A DNA stretch of 64,000 nucleotides from Ginglymostoma cirratum (lineage: Eukaryota). Each line of letters begins with the position of its first letter. Positions within the stretch are counted from its first letter, which is position 1. Under the pieces are notes generated by a model. It searched no databases, was not told the origin of the DNA, and saw only the letters and a list, made by a program, of their open reading frames with translations. A program made the position numbers and the translations under genes. Positions 51,163 through 63,640 of the stretch are shown here, piece after piece. Location of the stretch: contig JAHRHZ010000289.1 in NCBI GenBank assembly GCA_024137785.1, positions 35,942,767 through 36,006,766 on the forward strand. Direction: 5' to 3'.

Positions 51163-52002
51163 AACAAAGTGTAGAGCTGGATGAACACAGCAGGCCAAGC
51201 AGCATCATAGGAGCAGGAAAGCTTGACGTTTTGGGCCTAGACCCTTCATCAGAAATGGGGGAGGGAAAGGGGGTTCTGAAATAAATAGGGAGAGAGGGGG
51301 GAGGAGGATAGAAGGTGGATAGAGGAGAAGATAGGTGGAGAGGAGGCATACAAGTCAAAGAGGCGGGGATGGAGCCAGTAAAGGCGAGTGTAGGTGGGGA
51401 GGTAGGGAGGAGGTAGGTCAGTCCAGGGAGGACGGACAGGTCAAGGGGGCAGGATGAGGTTAGTAGGTAGGAAATGGGGGTGCGGTTTGAGGTGGGAGGA
51501 GGGGATAGGTGAGAGGAAGAACAGGTTAGGGAGGCGGGGACGAGATGGGCTGGTTTTGTTGATGCAGTAGGGGGAGGGGAGATTTTGAAGCTTGTGAAAT
51601 CCACATTGATACCACTAGGCTGCAGGGTTCCCAAGCTCAAGCCGCACCCCCATTTCCTACCTACTAACCTCATCCCGCTCCCTTGACCTATCCATCCTCC
51701 CTAAACTGACTTATCTCCTCCCTACGTCCCCACTTACACTCACCTTTACTGGCTCCATCCCCGCCTCTTCGACTTGTCTGTCTCCTCTCCACCTATCTTC
51801 TCCTCTATCCACCTTCTATCCGCCTCCCCCTCTCTCCCTATTTATTTCAGAACCTCCTTCCCCTCCCCCATTTCTAATGAAGGGTCTAGGCCCGAAACAT
51901 CAAACTTTCCTGCTCCCATGATGCTGCTTGGCCTGCTGTGTTCATCCAGCTGTACACCTTGTTATCTCGGATTCTCCAGCATCTGCAGTTCCTATTATCT
52001 CT
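51163..52002. mobile_element. Penelope-like element 3' end with long inverted pLTR, inserted in a CR1 tail
   Basis: Minus strand LGTLQPSGINVDFTSFKI (GIY-YIG C-terminus). Arms ~51163-51486 and ~51642-51965. 17-bp direct repeat GATTAGAATAGTTAGGT at 51146-51162 and 52003-52019. Confidence 0.88.
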
Positions 52003-53069
52003 GATTAGAATAGTTAGGTGTTGTTTTTGGCCAGCATGACACGATGGGCCAAAAGGCCTTTTTCCCTTGCTTTTGACGTGTGTGACTCTGTGAAGATATG
52101 CTGCAGTGCTGCATTTCTGCATATGTATATTTACCTAGTCCACTTAGTGATGGCATTGCCCATAAACATAGCCTAACAAAAAGATCAAAGATTAATAGCA
52201 TTACCCTATCGTGGTTGCTTTCATCAAGAGGGTATGGAAAATATTCCACATTGTCCAAGATCTTACAGTCGATCTTAAGCAATGGGTGGTGGGCTGACGA
52301 GGGAGGAAGTACGGAAGGTGTGCCGTGGAACCTAGTTGGCAGAGAGCCTTTCCAAGTATTCAGTGTGGGTCCCATTTTCTTATCAGCTTTGGAGAAGGAA
52401 TGGACAATGACCTGGAATTCAGCCTTATGAAGTACCAGACCTGTGGCAGCATTCTGAACCACTTTCTCAACCTTAATAAAATTCAGACGTATTTCTGGAC
52501 AATATTTCAAGCTGCTCAATATTTTCATTGTTGGATCTGATGAAAATTTCAGGAGTGTTTATTAACAGTAGCCCTGTTTGGCTGAGTGGAGCTTTCGTTA
52601 GTTCAGTGGTGACCTCTGTCCCACTCAGGCCCAGCTAAAGCCCTGCAGACAGTGACAATTGACCCCAGATGTGGATCAACTCTATTTTGAACATTGGCTC
52701 TTAGTTGACAGCATTTAAAATAATTTTGAACAGGATCTTTAGCTCTTTACCAGCTTTTGATCCACCATTAGTATGACAAAGTACATTTCAGTTTTTCTCA
52801 TAGACATTTGGATTAGATACTCGTGTTTTTACGAGCACTGGCTGAGAGTAGAGCCTGTACCAGCTCCATCAAGGATTGAGAGTACCACTTTGCACAATTT
52901 GCTAGTAAAATGAGGGCTCTGTAATTTCAGCTCCATGTAACTAGCAGGTAAATAGAATTAGTGTTTAGTTTGGTGTATGTTTGGTTGACACAGACATGGT
53001 GGGCCAAAAGGTCTGTTTCTGTACTATGAGACTCTATGACTTGCTTTTAAGTTACATTTTTCTTTTATT

Positions 53070-53385
53070 ATAGAGCCATACAACATGGAAACATATCCTT
53101 TGCCTGGGCTGACCAGATATCCCAAACTGACCTAGTCACGTTTGCCAGCATTTGGCCCAAATCTCTCTAAACCCTTCCTATTCATATACCCATCCAGGTA
53201 CCCTTTAAATGTTGTAATTGCGCCTGTCTCCACCACTTTGTCTGGCAGCACATTCCATATATGCACCATTTTCTGTGAAAAAGTTAGCCCTCGGGTCCGT
53301 TTTAAATCTTTCCCCTCTCACCTGAAACCTATGCCCTCTAGGTTTGGACTCCCCTATCCTGAGAAAAGGATCTTGGCTGTTCATT
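53070..53385 (-). mobile_element. CR1 LINE 3' end
   Basis: Minus ORF reads GESKPRGHRFQVRGERFK. Confidence 0.8.
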
Positions 53386-55069
53386 CTGGTTTTCACTCCA
53401 TTTCAGCATGAAGGCAGTGATTCATCCTCAGTGAGTCAGCTTCCCAATATCTTGTTTAAAAACTAACTAGAAATTCAAACAAGACTGGTCCAACCTTGCC
53501 AATTCCTGTCATTATCAGTTGTCTCCCATTAGTCAGTGGACATGGACAGTGTTGTGAATAGAGCTATCAAACAGTAACCTGTTCACCTCTAACTTGCTCA
53601 ATACATGTTCTGCCACTTGGCTCCAAATCTCTAAAACAAGAGGAGAGTCAATGTTGGTGACCATTGCGAACAAGGCAGCATTTAACTGATTGTGGCAAAA
53701 ACGAACGCAATAAAAACTGATGCGAATGGAGTTGAGGGTAAACACGTTGAAGGACTGGATCATACTCAATAAGTGTCAATACATCCCCAAAAAATAGATG
53801 CAGGAGTTCCCAGGGGAAGATTCATCTTAGTTATTACATTAATGAGTTTTTATAAAGTCAGAGTATATTGCTTACTTACTATTCCAGTAATCAGCTCCAT
53901 TCACAACTCTTCAAGCACACCTTGTTATGGACGTACCTCTTGCATGGATGTAGGTGCCAAAGCACATATGAAGCTTAAGTACCATCCAAGACAAAGCAGT
54001 CGGTCTGGACTTTATGAATTTTGATTCACCATTAAAGTTGTTGCGTGAACTATCTAAAGAACTTGAAGAACAACTTGTCCAGTTTGCTCAAACGGCACAA
54101 CCTCTACCTACAGGAACAAAGAAAGCAATAATACAAAATAGTGGCCTCCATGTCATACACCAACTTGAACTGAACATATATCACAGCTCCTACTGCATCA
54201 TTACTCATGTTAACAAATGTCATCATAGGAATATTATAAAGCTTTCAATAACATAAGACATAGAACCGAGGATGCTGGAAATCTGATGATTTGACAGAGA
54301 TTTTAGTTGTTCAAGGAAAAGGTCCATTACACCTACACAGAACAACCATGGATGGGAACTATATATAGTCTAGCCAGCATCACCCACACCTTGGCAAGGA
54401 ATTTCAATGATAAATGCACCCAGAAAAATAATGCAAGCAGGTTATACGATGGGAAGGTTTGGAACCGGTCATGTCCTCAGCTGATTTCCATACATGATCT
54501 TTTCAGCATGGCCAGTAGGAGATACATGGACTCATTGCTTCCTTCCAAGTCCAGGGATACCAAACTTAAAGCTGGCATCACAAATGCTGGACTGCAGTTG
54601 AGATCTATAAACACAGCATACTGGGAATTCAAGCTGTGTGGCTTTGTTACGAACTGTGGCGCTTTGATAAGCTATCATGGGATTTGCCTTAATAGTATCT
54701 AGATATTTTCTATACAAACACAATTAAGTGGTTTGGATACACATTAGGAGTATACTGTGCAATCTGTGACATATCCATTTGAAATTAATACGGATCCCAC
54801 CACCGCATTAGGCAAGTGATTCTAAATTAAGTCAAAGGTGGTATATAACAAAGAAACAGGACAGTCAGGATTGCTGGTTGACAGTTCATATCAACCTTAT
54901 GTTGAGATTGTATTTTTTATCTCATTGCACATACATATTGTGAGGAAACATCTTTGTTTTTCTGACATGCTTTGATGGATAAAGTTTTCTTTAACTTTTA
55001 TTCACATGGACAATTAGCCTTTGACTGTTTAGTCACCATATTAAGCCAGCAATGCACTTCTACTACTGT

Positions 55070-55505
55070 GACTCTGTGGTGGGTCACTGGCCACTGAATG
55101 AGAAAGTTGTGGGTTCAGGTTGCACTCCAGGGACTTGGTAACATGGTGCCAGACTTCAGTGCATAGCGGTGAAGAAGTGCTAAACCATCAGAGTTGTCAC
55201 CTTTCCAATGAAATGTTAAACCAAGACCTAGTTTGTTCCTTCAGATCAATGTAAAATATCTCACCCACTATTCAAGAAAGAACAGGGAATTCTCACTAGC
55301 CAATGTTTATCTCACATCCAACACTTACAGCAGGCTATGTGGTCATTTGTATAATTGTTGTTGGTGGAGCTCGTTTGCAAATTGGCTGCTAAGTTTCCTA
55401 CATTACAACCCTGAAAACACCTCAAAGGTGCTTCATTGGCTGTAAAATATTAGAATGTGCCAATGGTGTGAAAGACACCATATTAATTTAAGTGTTTTTT
55501 CTTTA
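55070..55505 (+). mobile_element. DeuSINE/SacSINE1-like SINE
   Basis: tRNA-like head (GTTGTGGGTTCAGG...ACTCCAG), Deu-type ATGAAATGTTAAACCAAG...GCCAATGTTTATC, and 3' CAAATTGGCTGC...TTTCCTACATTACAAC...CTTCATTGGCTGTAAA. Confidence 0.65.
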
Positions 55506-56076
55506 TTTTTGCCAAATTTGCACGTTGGATATTTGCTACACTAGCATCCTTTCTTTTCTTCATTCTGTTGGAACAACATTAACCTTTGGTATTAAGGGAA
55601 AAGCCTCTTGAAGGTCATGGCTGAAAACAATTACCTGAATTTTACGAGAGTTACATGAACTATTCACAATGAATCCTGATGAAATTTCTAACTTCTGTGC
55701 ACAGCCTTTACCTGATGCTTGGTGATCAAAAATAGACTAATTATTGAAGGGGCGTAAAATTGATGGAATTCCATTGGCATTTTCAGTCATTAAGTAAGAT
55801 TTAAAAACCTGTAAAAACAAAACAGAAGACAGAAATAATGTCCTAAAAATGAGGGGAGATAATGCGCAACAAAAAAAAAATTGCACACTGTAAATTGGTA
55901 CAGACGTTGAAGATAATTTGAGAAGACATTGAGGGGTAAGTGGGCAGGTATAAACTTGTATTTGCTGCTTTTTTTTCTCATCTCACAATTTGGATGTTGC
56001 TCGCAAGACCACTATTTACTAACTGACTTCAGTTGCCCAGAAATAATGGCAAATGGCCTTCTTGAACAATAGTATG

Positions 56077-56404
56077 GGCACAGGGTGGCACAATGGTTAG
56101 CAGTGCTGTCTCACAGTGCCAGGGACCTGGATTTGATTCCTGTGTGGCGTTTATACATTTTCCCTGTGTCTGTGTGGGTTCCTCCAAGTACTCCAATTTC
56201 CTCCCGCAGCCCAAAGGTGTGCAGGTTAGGTGGATTGGGCATGCTAAATTACCGTGTAGAGTCCAGGGAGGTGTAAATTAGGTGAATTAGCCATGGTAAA
56301 TGCAGGTTAAGGTAGAAGATGGGTCTGGGTGGGATGCTCTTCAGAGTGTCAGCGTGAACTCTTTGGGCCAAATTGGCCTGCTTCCATACTGTAGTGATTC
56401 TATG
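56077..56404 (+). mobile_element. HE1-type V-SINE, full length
   Basis: GGCACAGGGTGGCACAATGGTTAGCAGTGCTGTCTCACAGTGCCAGGGACC head, V-domain, and GATTCTATG tail. Confidence 0.85.
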
Positions 56405-56684
56405 AAATAACATTTTGATATAACTAAACGATTTGCCAGACTATTTCAGAGGATGATTGAGAGTCAACTATGTTGGTGTGGGATTGAGGTCACAATTAGG
56501 CTGGCCATGAAGGACATCCTGTTTTCTGCCCCCAAGATATTCATGGATATATTATGTTTTTATGAGAATTTGACAATATCATGACCATTTCTACTGCTGT
56601 AAGGGTCTCTTGACATTTGTTTTTGTTGTAAAATTTTTACTTTTGACAAACATGACATTCTAAGAGTAGGTGCAAAAAGATTTT

Positions 56685-56995
56685 TTTTTATTCATCAGAT
56701 GTGGCTAGGCCAGCATTTATTACCCATCCCTAACTGCCCAGACGGCAGTTAAGAGACAGCAACAATTCTGTGGGATTGGAGTCACAAACAGGTCATGGCA
56801 GCTGCATTCTTCTCGAAAGGGCATTAGTGAACCAAATAGGTTTTTCTCAACAATTGACCAAGGTTGCAAGGCCATCATTAGTATTTTCAAATCCCACCAT
56901 CTACCGTGGCCAGGCTCAAACCTGGATCCACAGAGCATTACCTGGATCTCTTGATTAATAGTGTAGTGATAATAATCATGGGGTCATTGCCTCCC
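56685..56995 (-). mobile_element. SINE-B
   Basis: Homologous to 1125-1450. Confidence 0.65.
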
Positions 56996-57574
56996 GTCCT
57001 CCTCCTCTCTCTGAATGCTATGGAGACATATCTCTATAAATCTTGTGAATTGTAGTTGAACTCCAAGGCTGATGTCAGATGGAGAACAGTGTTCAGATGA
57101 TGTAATCATTGGGCAAGAATAGAGCTGGCAGGCCACTATAACGTTTCCAAAATTGTCATTAGAAAGTGAAGCAAAGTCAGAATACAGTTGTTGTCCATGA
57201 AGAAGGTTTTGTGTTTATATAATCTGTTACCTACATATTATAAAGTTATTTTATGGGATGTGAGCATCACTGTCAGGGCTATCTGCTCATCCTCAAATGA
57301 GGATATGGTGGCAATGGAAGTGTGATGGTACTTTTTAACCACACCAGCCTGCACCTTAACATAATAACATGTCCCAATGCATTTCATAAGAACAAATATT
57401 AAACAAACGTTTAATAAGTGGAAAGAAGGAGCCTTTTTAAGGAAGAGAGGTATAAATGTTAATGGAGGGAATTCCAGAACTTAAGGATGTACAAGTTGCC
57501 AAATTTGGAGGGCACAGGAATTTCAGAGAATTGTAGATCTAGAGGCTCTTGCAGAAACAGGGAGGGGGGAGACA

Positions 57575-57698
57575 TTAAAAACCGAAAGAACTGTGGATGC
57601 TGTAAATCAGGAAACAAAACAGAAATTGCTGGAAAAGCTCAGCAGGTCTGGCAGCATCTGTGAAGAAAAAAACAGAGTTAACGCTTCCTCAGAACTGG
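57575..57698 (-). mobile_element. PLE family 2 terminus with stem II of the hammerhead deleted
   Basis: Matches the 48871-49100 arms. GAGTTAACG is joined directly to CTTCCTCAGAACTGG. Confidence 0.75.
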
Positions 57699-58536
57699 TG
57701 AGACCATAATGGAATTTAATAACAGTTGTTACTTAACTTTTTATTAAAGGGGGAAAACTGTAAAATATATAAGCAGATGTGTAGGCAAAATTCTTATCTT
57801 ATACATTATACATCTTATACAACCTTATACATTATATTATTTTGGACAATAGGACATAGCAGAATAGTCATGTATATATTTAAACCATGTAGATCCCATG
57901 TTAAAAACTCAGCCTGTGTGCCTTGTAAGATGATTTGGATGGAACAGCCATTGATTGGAGTGGGATAAAATCAGCTAGGATTCCTGCTCCTGATTGCTCA
58001 CCTTTGATGATTTCGTGATATTGTATCATATTAAAAGAATTGCTATGTAAATACATCCTTTGCTGTTATCCAATATTGCTTGGCTGGAAAGTGCCTATAT
58101 GTCAATATCAGGTAAGAACAGGTCAGACTTAGCTTTGCTGCCAGGTTAAATGTGCTACTATGGTGGAATGTTCAACATTGATGTCCTAGGATTAAGAACA
58201 CTTATTTGGCTGAGCGAGTGGAACCATAATTGCACATTTGGAACCATCCATCAGTTTTTAGGAGAGAAAGGATGAGAGGAAGATAACAAAAAAAGTCAAT
58301 AAAATGAAAAACTAGTAAGTGTCTAATGAGGGGGGAGGGTGAGTGCTGATCGTCTAGACTTCATTTTACGCTCTGACAGATGTTTAAACTTTGCTTCTTA
58401 GCCTCTCTGCCAAATGTTGAAGGTGTAGCAGTATATTCCATACTGCAAAGCACTTCACAGCATTAGTAGCAATAATCAGACAGAGTGGGCTGACATTCTT
58501 AAGACATGTCCATGAAAGCATTTATCCTGAATGTTA

Positions 58537-58604
58537 GAGATAACAAGGTGTGGAGCTGGATGAACCCAGCAGGCCAAGTAAGGATGCCGACCCCACTGCG
58601 AAAC
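58537..58604. mobile_element. Tiny rearranged PLE insertion
   Basis: pLTR piece plus inverted AAGGATGCC/CACTGCGAA pieces, between TTATCCTGAATGTTA repeats at 58522-58536 and 58605-58619. Confidence 0.75.
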
Positions 58605-58889
58605 TTATCCTGAATGTTATCTGCGTTTGGTGAGATGTTCGTGTATTTTGTCACAGGAATCATGATTGAAGAAGAGTAAAGCTATTCACCACACTCCGTC
58701 TTCCCTCAAATCAGCCCCTTTCTTTCTGGCTTTTCTGGGAAATTTATATCCTCTTGTGGCTTTGCTGTTTCTAAATCACAAGGTTGTGTATTCAAATCCC
58801 ACTCCAAGACAACAATAACCACTAATGACATCATGGATGTGGGGACAGTGTGGGAATATGGTGGTCAGGTGGATGATCATTCTTGATCT

Positions 58890-59280
58890 TATGGTACTTG
58901 ATAGGGTAGATGTGGAAATGTTGATTCTTGTTGGAAAGGACATAATCTTAGAATAAGAGATTGTCTAATTAAGACAGGGATTAGGATGACTGTCTTTTCT
59001 CAAAGGGTAGTGAATCTGTGGAATTCTTTATGCAGAGGGCTGTTGAAGGTGGGACCTAATGTATGCTCACAGCTGTTTGATGAAGAGTAAATCTACTCTC
59101 CACATTCTGCCTTCCCTCATTGCGCCCTTTTTTTAAAATCAGGAAGGGAAACAAGGATGATGGAGAGAAGGCAAGAAAGTGGGGTAGAGGATTATCAGAT
59201 CAGCCATGATCTTGTTCAGTGGTGGAGCAGAATTGATGGGCTGAATGGCCTACTTCTACTCCATGTCCTATGATCTTATG
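58890..59280 (+). mobile_element. CR1 LINE 3' fragments
   Basis: AGGGTAGTGAATCTGTGGAATTC and GATGGGCTGAATGGCCTACTTCT tail motifs. Confidence 0.7.
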
Positions 59281-60409
59281 GTTGAGAACAGTGGATCAGG
59301 CGCCTAGCCTGAATGGCCTGCTGATGATTATTTTCATTTAGCAATTGCAGTTGACACCCCGCTGCAGTACTTTGGGATTAAAAATGATTCTGAGGTGTCC
59401 CTATCCTTTCAGATGAATGGGAAAAATATCCATGTACTGTTCTGCAGATTTTTCCTGGGGGTATTCTGGCCAATTTTCTCAGTCATAGCGCAAAAAAAAA
59501 AATTACCTGGTTCATTATCATAACAAAGGAAATATAATGTGGATGCTGGAAATTTGAAACATACATGAAGAACATGGGAGAAACTCAGTGGACCAGTCAC
59601 CATCGGTGGAGCGAGAAACAGAGTTAATGTTTCAAGTCCAGTGTGATTCTTTCTCAGAAAATATCATCATTCCGTGTGCATGTGGGAGTTACCTATGCAG
59701 AAACTGGCAACTCTTCTCATCACTAACCTTCAAAAAAGTAGGAGTTGTAAAATGTTAACTGTTACGGTAAAATCCATTCCATGAAGCAGTTACTTGATAA
59801 CCCATTTGATAGAACTGACTTAAGGCCTTCTTAGATTCACACCATCTTGTTCTCTTGTTAATTCAAAGCACCCACTTTCTTTTTCATTTTGATAAGAGTA
59901 TATTCGCCTCTTTTTGACACTGAGCACAGGTCATTTATTTAAAACCCAACGCTGCCAGTGTTCTTACTTTTACAACAGATGCCCATTCTATTCTTCCGAT
60001 CACTAAGGGACATTTTCTTTTGATCTGCCACTTATCTTTAGGTTTCTGTTAAGAATATCCATTACCAACGGAAATCCAGATTTCCAGATTTCCCAGTTAA
60101 CTTTAGGGCTGGAATGGTGCTGGTTGATACGAGTAACAACATGTTCTTTTTAAGCAGGTCATAGTTAAAATTGTGGACTGACGTATTTCATGAAAGTATA
60201 AGTGTACAGTATGTTTCAAGCATTTTTGACTAACTTGTAAATGTTAACATTTTGCTTATAGTAAATTATGAGATTGAACAATTCTAGTATTAAGATAAAT
60301 AGAGGATATAAATCAACACTGGAAAGGTTACAAAAGCGAACATTGGTGGCAGGCTGGATATTATACATACAGATTGCCCAAATTTCCTTTCCCTTGACTT
60401 GCAACATGG

Positions 60410-61770
60410 CACCAGCTGCAGCTCATGTTGGCAGCATTCTCATCTCTGAGTCATGAGATTCTGTGTTCAAGTGCCACTCCAGGGCTCAAGCAGAGACCTG
60501 ACACACTGTTGTGTTACTGAAGGAGTACTGTGCTTTCAGAGACACCTTTTGGTTGAGACGTTAAATGAAGACCTCATTTAACTATAACAGCAAATTACTG
60601 TAAATGCTGGAATCTGAACTGGAAACGAAATGCTGCAGATCACAGCGAGTCAGGAAGCATCCATGACGAGAGAACAAGCTAATGTTTTTTTTCTAAGAGA
60701 TAACAAGGTGCACAGCTGGATGAACACTGCAGGCCAGGCAGCATCAGAGGAGCAGGAAGGCTGACGTTTCGGGCCTAGACCCTCCTTCAGAAATGGGGGA
60801 GGGGAACAGGTTTCTGAAATAAATAGGGAAAGAGGGGGAGGCGGAGAGAAGATGGATAGAGGAGAAGAGGGGTGGAGAGGAGACTGACGGGTCAAGAGGC
60901 GGGGATGGAGGTTGTTCCGGAGGGAGGAGGGTAACTTCTTCAGGGTAGGCATCCTTAGAAGAGGCTTCGCAGTGAGGTTAAAATTGTTTCAGAGATAGTA
61001 GGAACTGCAGATGCTGGAGAATCTGAGACAACAAGGTGTAGAACTGGATGAACACAGCAGGCCAAGCAGCAGAGGAGCAGGAAGGCTGACGTTTTGGGCT
61101 TAGACCCTTCTTCAGAAATGGGGGAGGGGAAGGGGGTTCTGAAATAAATAGGGAGAGAGGGGGAGGTGGATAGAAGATGGATAGAGGAGAAGATAGGTGG
61201 AGAGGAGACAGACAGGTCAAAGAGGCGGGGATGGAATTTGTGCCTCTCCCTCCTCTATCCATCTTCTATCCGCCTCTCCCTCTCTCCCTATTTATTTCAG
61301 AACCCCCTTCACCTCCCCCATTTCTGATGGAGGGTCTAGGCCTGAAACATCAGCCTTCCTGCTCTTCTGATGCTGCTTGGCCTGCTGTGTTCATCCAACT
61401 CTACACCTTGTTGTCTCAGATTCTCCAGCATCTGCAGTTCCTAATTTTTTTTAAGCTTGCTTTCTCTCTGGATGCTGCTTGACCCACTGATCTGCAGCAT
61501 TGTTTGTTTTCAGCCCCGTTTAGCTGCCTGGGTGGATGTAAAGATCCTATAACACAATTTTAAAGACAAGGGGCGTTACTCATGTAATTCCTTAATTAAC
61601 ATCACAAAAGCAGATTATCTAATCATTATCACATGTGGAAGTTTGCCTTGCGCATTTCGGCTGCAGCATTTCCTACATCACAACAGTGACTAGGTTTCAA
61701 AATGTACTTCATTGCTCTAAAGAGGTGTCCAGTAGTTGTGAAAAGTGCTGTGTGAATGTAATTCCTTTAC
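60410..61770 (+). mobile_element. DeuSINE-like SINE split by two nested PLE-derived insertions
   Basis: SINE 5' half at ~60410-60580 and 3' half at ~61515-61770. Inverted repeat arms of another PLE-type family at ~60585-60690 and ~61455-61513. Confidence 0.65.
60697..61445. mobile_element. PLE family 1: two tandem pLTRs (-) plus one inverted pLTR (+)
   Basis: Hammerhead-like cores at 60763-60790 (-), 61088-61115 (-) and 61324-61351 (+). A short MPTLKKLPSSLRNNL stretch lies between the tandem copies. Confidence 0.85.
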
Positions 61771-62469
61771 TCTTTCGAACAGAAAAGTCAGTTCGGCGAG
61801 GTAACAAATTGTCGGTAAGTCTGGTTAATTTGTGTTGTTTTTTGGAAGTTAAATTTTCTTCTCTATGAGATGTAAATGTTCTGTTGGCCCTTAATTACTA
61901 TATAGTTACTGTTTCCTATCATTTAGCTAAATTAATATCTTGTTGAAAGGACTCATTTATATTAATTTGCTGTCCAGCCAGCAAAAGGTGATTCTGTAAT
62001 TCTATAACCTCAGGAGATGTAGTAGTGAGTGCAATGAGCCTTTAGTGGTAAGGAAGAGAAAGTTTTGTATTAATAAATTGCCTGCAACAACACAGAATGC
62101 CTTGAAGCACTGTACAGCCAATGGAATACTCTTGTGGTGTAATATATGAAATAGAGTACCACTGGGGAGCCAATTTGCACAAGATCCCACAAACATCTAA
62201 TGATATTGACCAAACTGTTTCAGTCATGCTGAAAGTACTTTGACCTCAGAGTCAGAAAGTCTGAAATTTGGCCACATTCTCTGGGTTGGCAGTGCAGCCC
62301 AGTGCTGGTGCGTTGTCAAAGGTGCTACCCGTTAATGAGATGTTATACCGAGATCCCACATGCCCCAAGACAATTTGTAAAAGATTTATGATACCATTAA
62401 AAGAAAAGTGGGGTAGGTCTTTTTCATGCCCTGGTCAATATACTTCCTTCAACCAACATCACTAAAATA

Positions 62470-62568
62470 AAGATAACAAGGTGTAGAGAGCTGGAGGAAC
62501 ACAGCAGGCCGAGCAGCATCAGAGGAGCAGGAAGGTTGACATTTCGGGCCTAGACCCTTCTTCAGAAA
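62470..62568 (-). mobile_element. PLE pLTR fragment with near-intact hammerhead, inserted in a DeuSINE-like SINE
   Basis: Minus CTGAAGA-A-GGGTCTAGGCCC-GAAAT-GTC at 62538-62565. Flanks ACT(A/G)AAATA. Host SINE spans ~62230-62700. Confidence 0.8.
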
Positions 62569-63094
62569 ACTGAAATAGATTATCTTATGATTACCTCATT
62601 GCGGGTTCTGGGAGCTTGCTGTGTTGAAATTGATGGTTGCATTTCTTCCATTATATCAGCAAATACACTTCCAAAGTGCCTATTTAATTGCCTGCAAAGC
62701 GCAAATGATATTATAAGTGATGAATATATTATTTTACTGAGTTTCATAACATTTCTACCACTAAGCTGTACAAATTCTTGTCCTTATTTCTTTTGGTATA
62801 CTTTCATTTAGCCAATTCAGTCTTTGGAGCTAAAATTTTGCTGATAGCTATTTTTGGTGTAGACTTCTATTACATTTTGGAGTGCAGCATTTCAGTGAAG
62901 TTGTTCACTCGTGACCAGCGCTTTTTAAATATCAACTTGCTCAGATATTTTTTGGATGGACCTCTGTGGCTATCACCACTTGAAATGTGACCTGAAGCAG
63001 ATGCATGGACTGAGCCACAAGACTTGACTTACCTTTTCATTTATACATTAACTGTTCATTGTGCATCAGTAAAGCATGATACAGTACACTTGGT

Positions 63095-63640
63095 GACCAT
63101 GTGATGTTGAAGCAGAAGGCGGCCATTTGGCCCATCTGGTCTCCTGCATCATTCAATGACATCATGACCGATCTGATAATCCTCAACTCCACTTTCCTGT
63201 CATTCCCCCAATAACCCTCAGTTCCCTTACTGATTAGAAATCTGTCAATCGCAGCTTTGATTATCCCAAACAACCCAGCCTCTACGGCCCTCAGTGGTAA
63301 AGAATTCCACAGATTCTCTACTGTTAGAGAAGACTAACTGGACAACCACACACCATGAGATTATGTCCTCTGGTCTTCTCTCACAACAGGAAATCATGTT
63401 CCAGCACCTACCTTGTCAATCCTTCAAAAAATTTTGTTTGTTTCAATAGGGTCACCTCTCAATCTTCTAAACCACAATGAGTACAAGCCCAATCTACTCA
63501 ACCTGTCCTCAAAAAGAAACCTTCCATACTCAGAATAAACCCAGTGAATCTTATCTGGACTACCTCCAGTGCTAGCATATATTTCTTTAGAGAAGGAGAC
63601 CAAAACTGTTCATACGCATTCTAGGTGTGGTCCATTTAGT
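63095..63640 (-). mobile_element. CR1 LINE 3' part
   Basis: Minus ORF reads IKAAIDRFLISKGTEGYWG, with a CR1 3' UTR. Confidence 0.8.

Noticed and set aside
54307-54702. 131-aa ORF
   Set aside because: Begins in decayed LINE tail sequence and has no recognisable domain.
56077-56140. tRNA gene
   Set aside because: It is the tRNA-derived head of an HE1 SINE, continuous with the V-domain.
3939-62568. Recurrent GATGAACACAGCAGGCCAAGCAGCATC repeat as a CRISPR array or miRNA hairpins
   Set aside because: Dispersed, without regular spacers, and attached to PLE ORF remnants. The hairpins are TE inversions.
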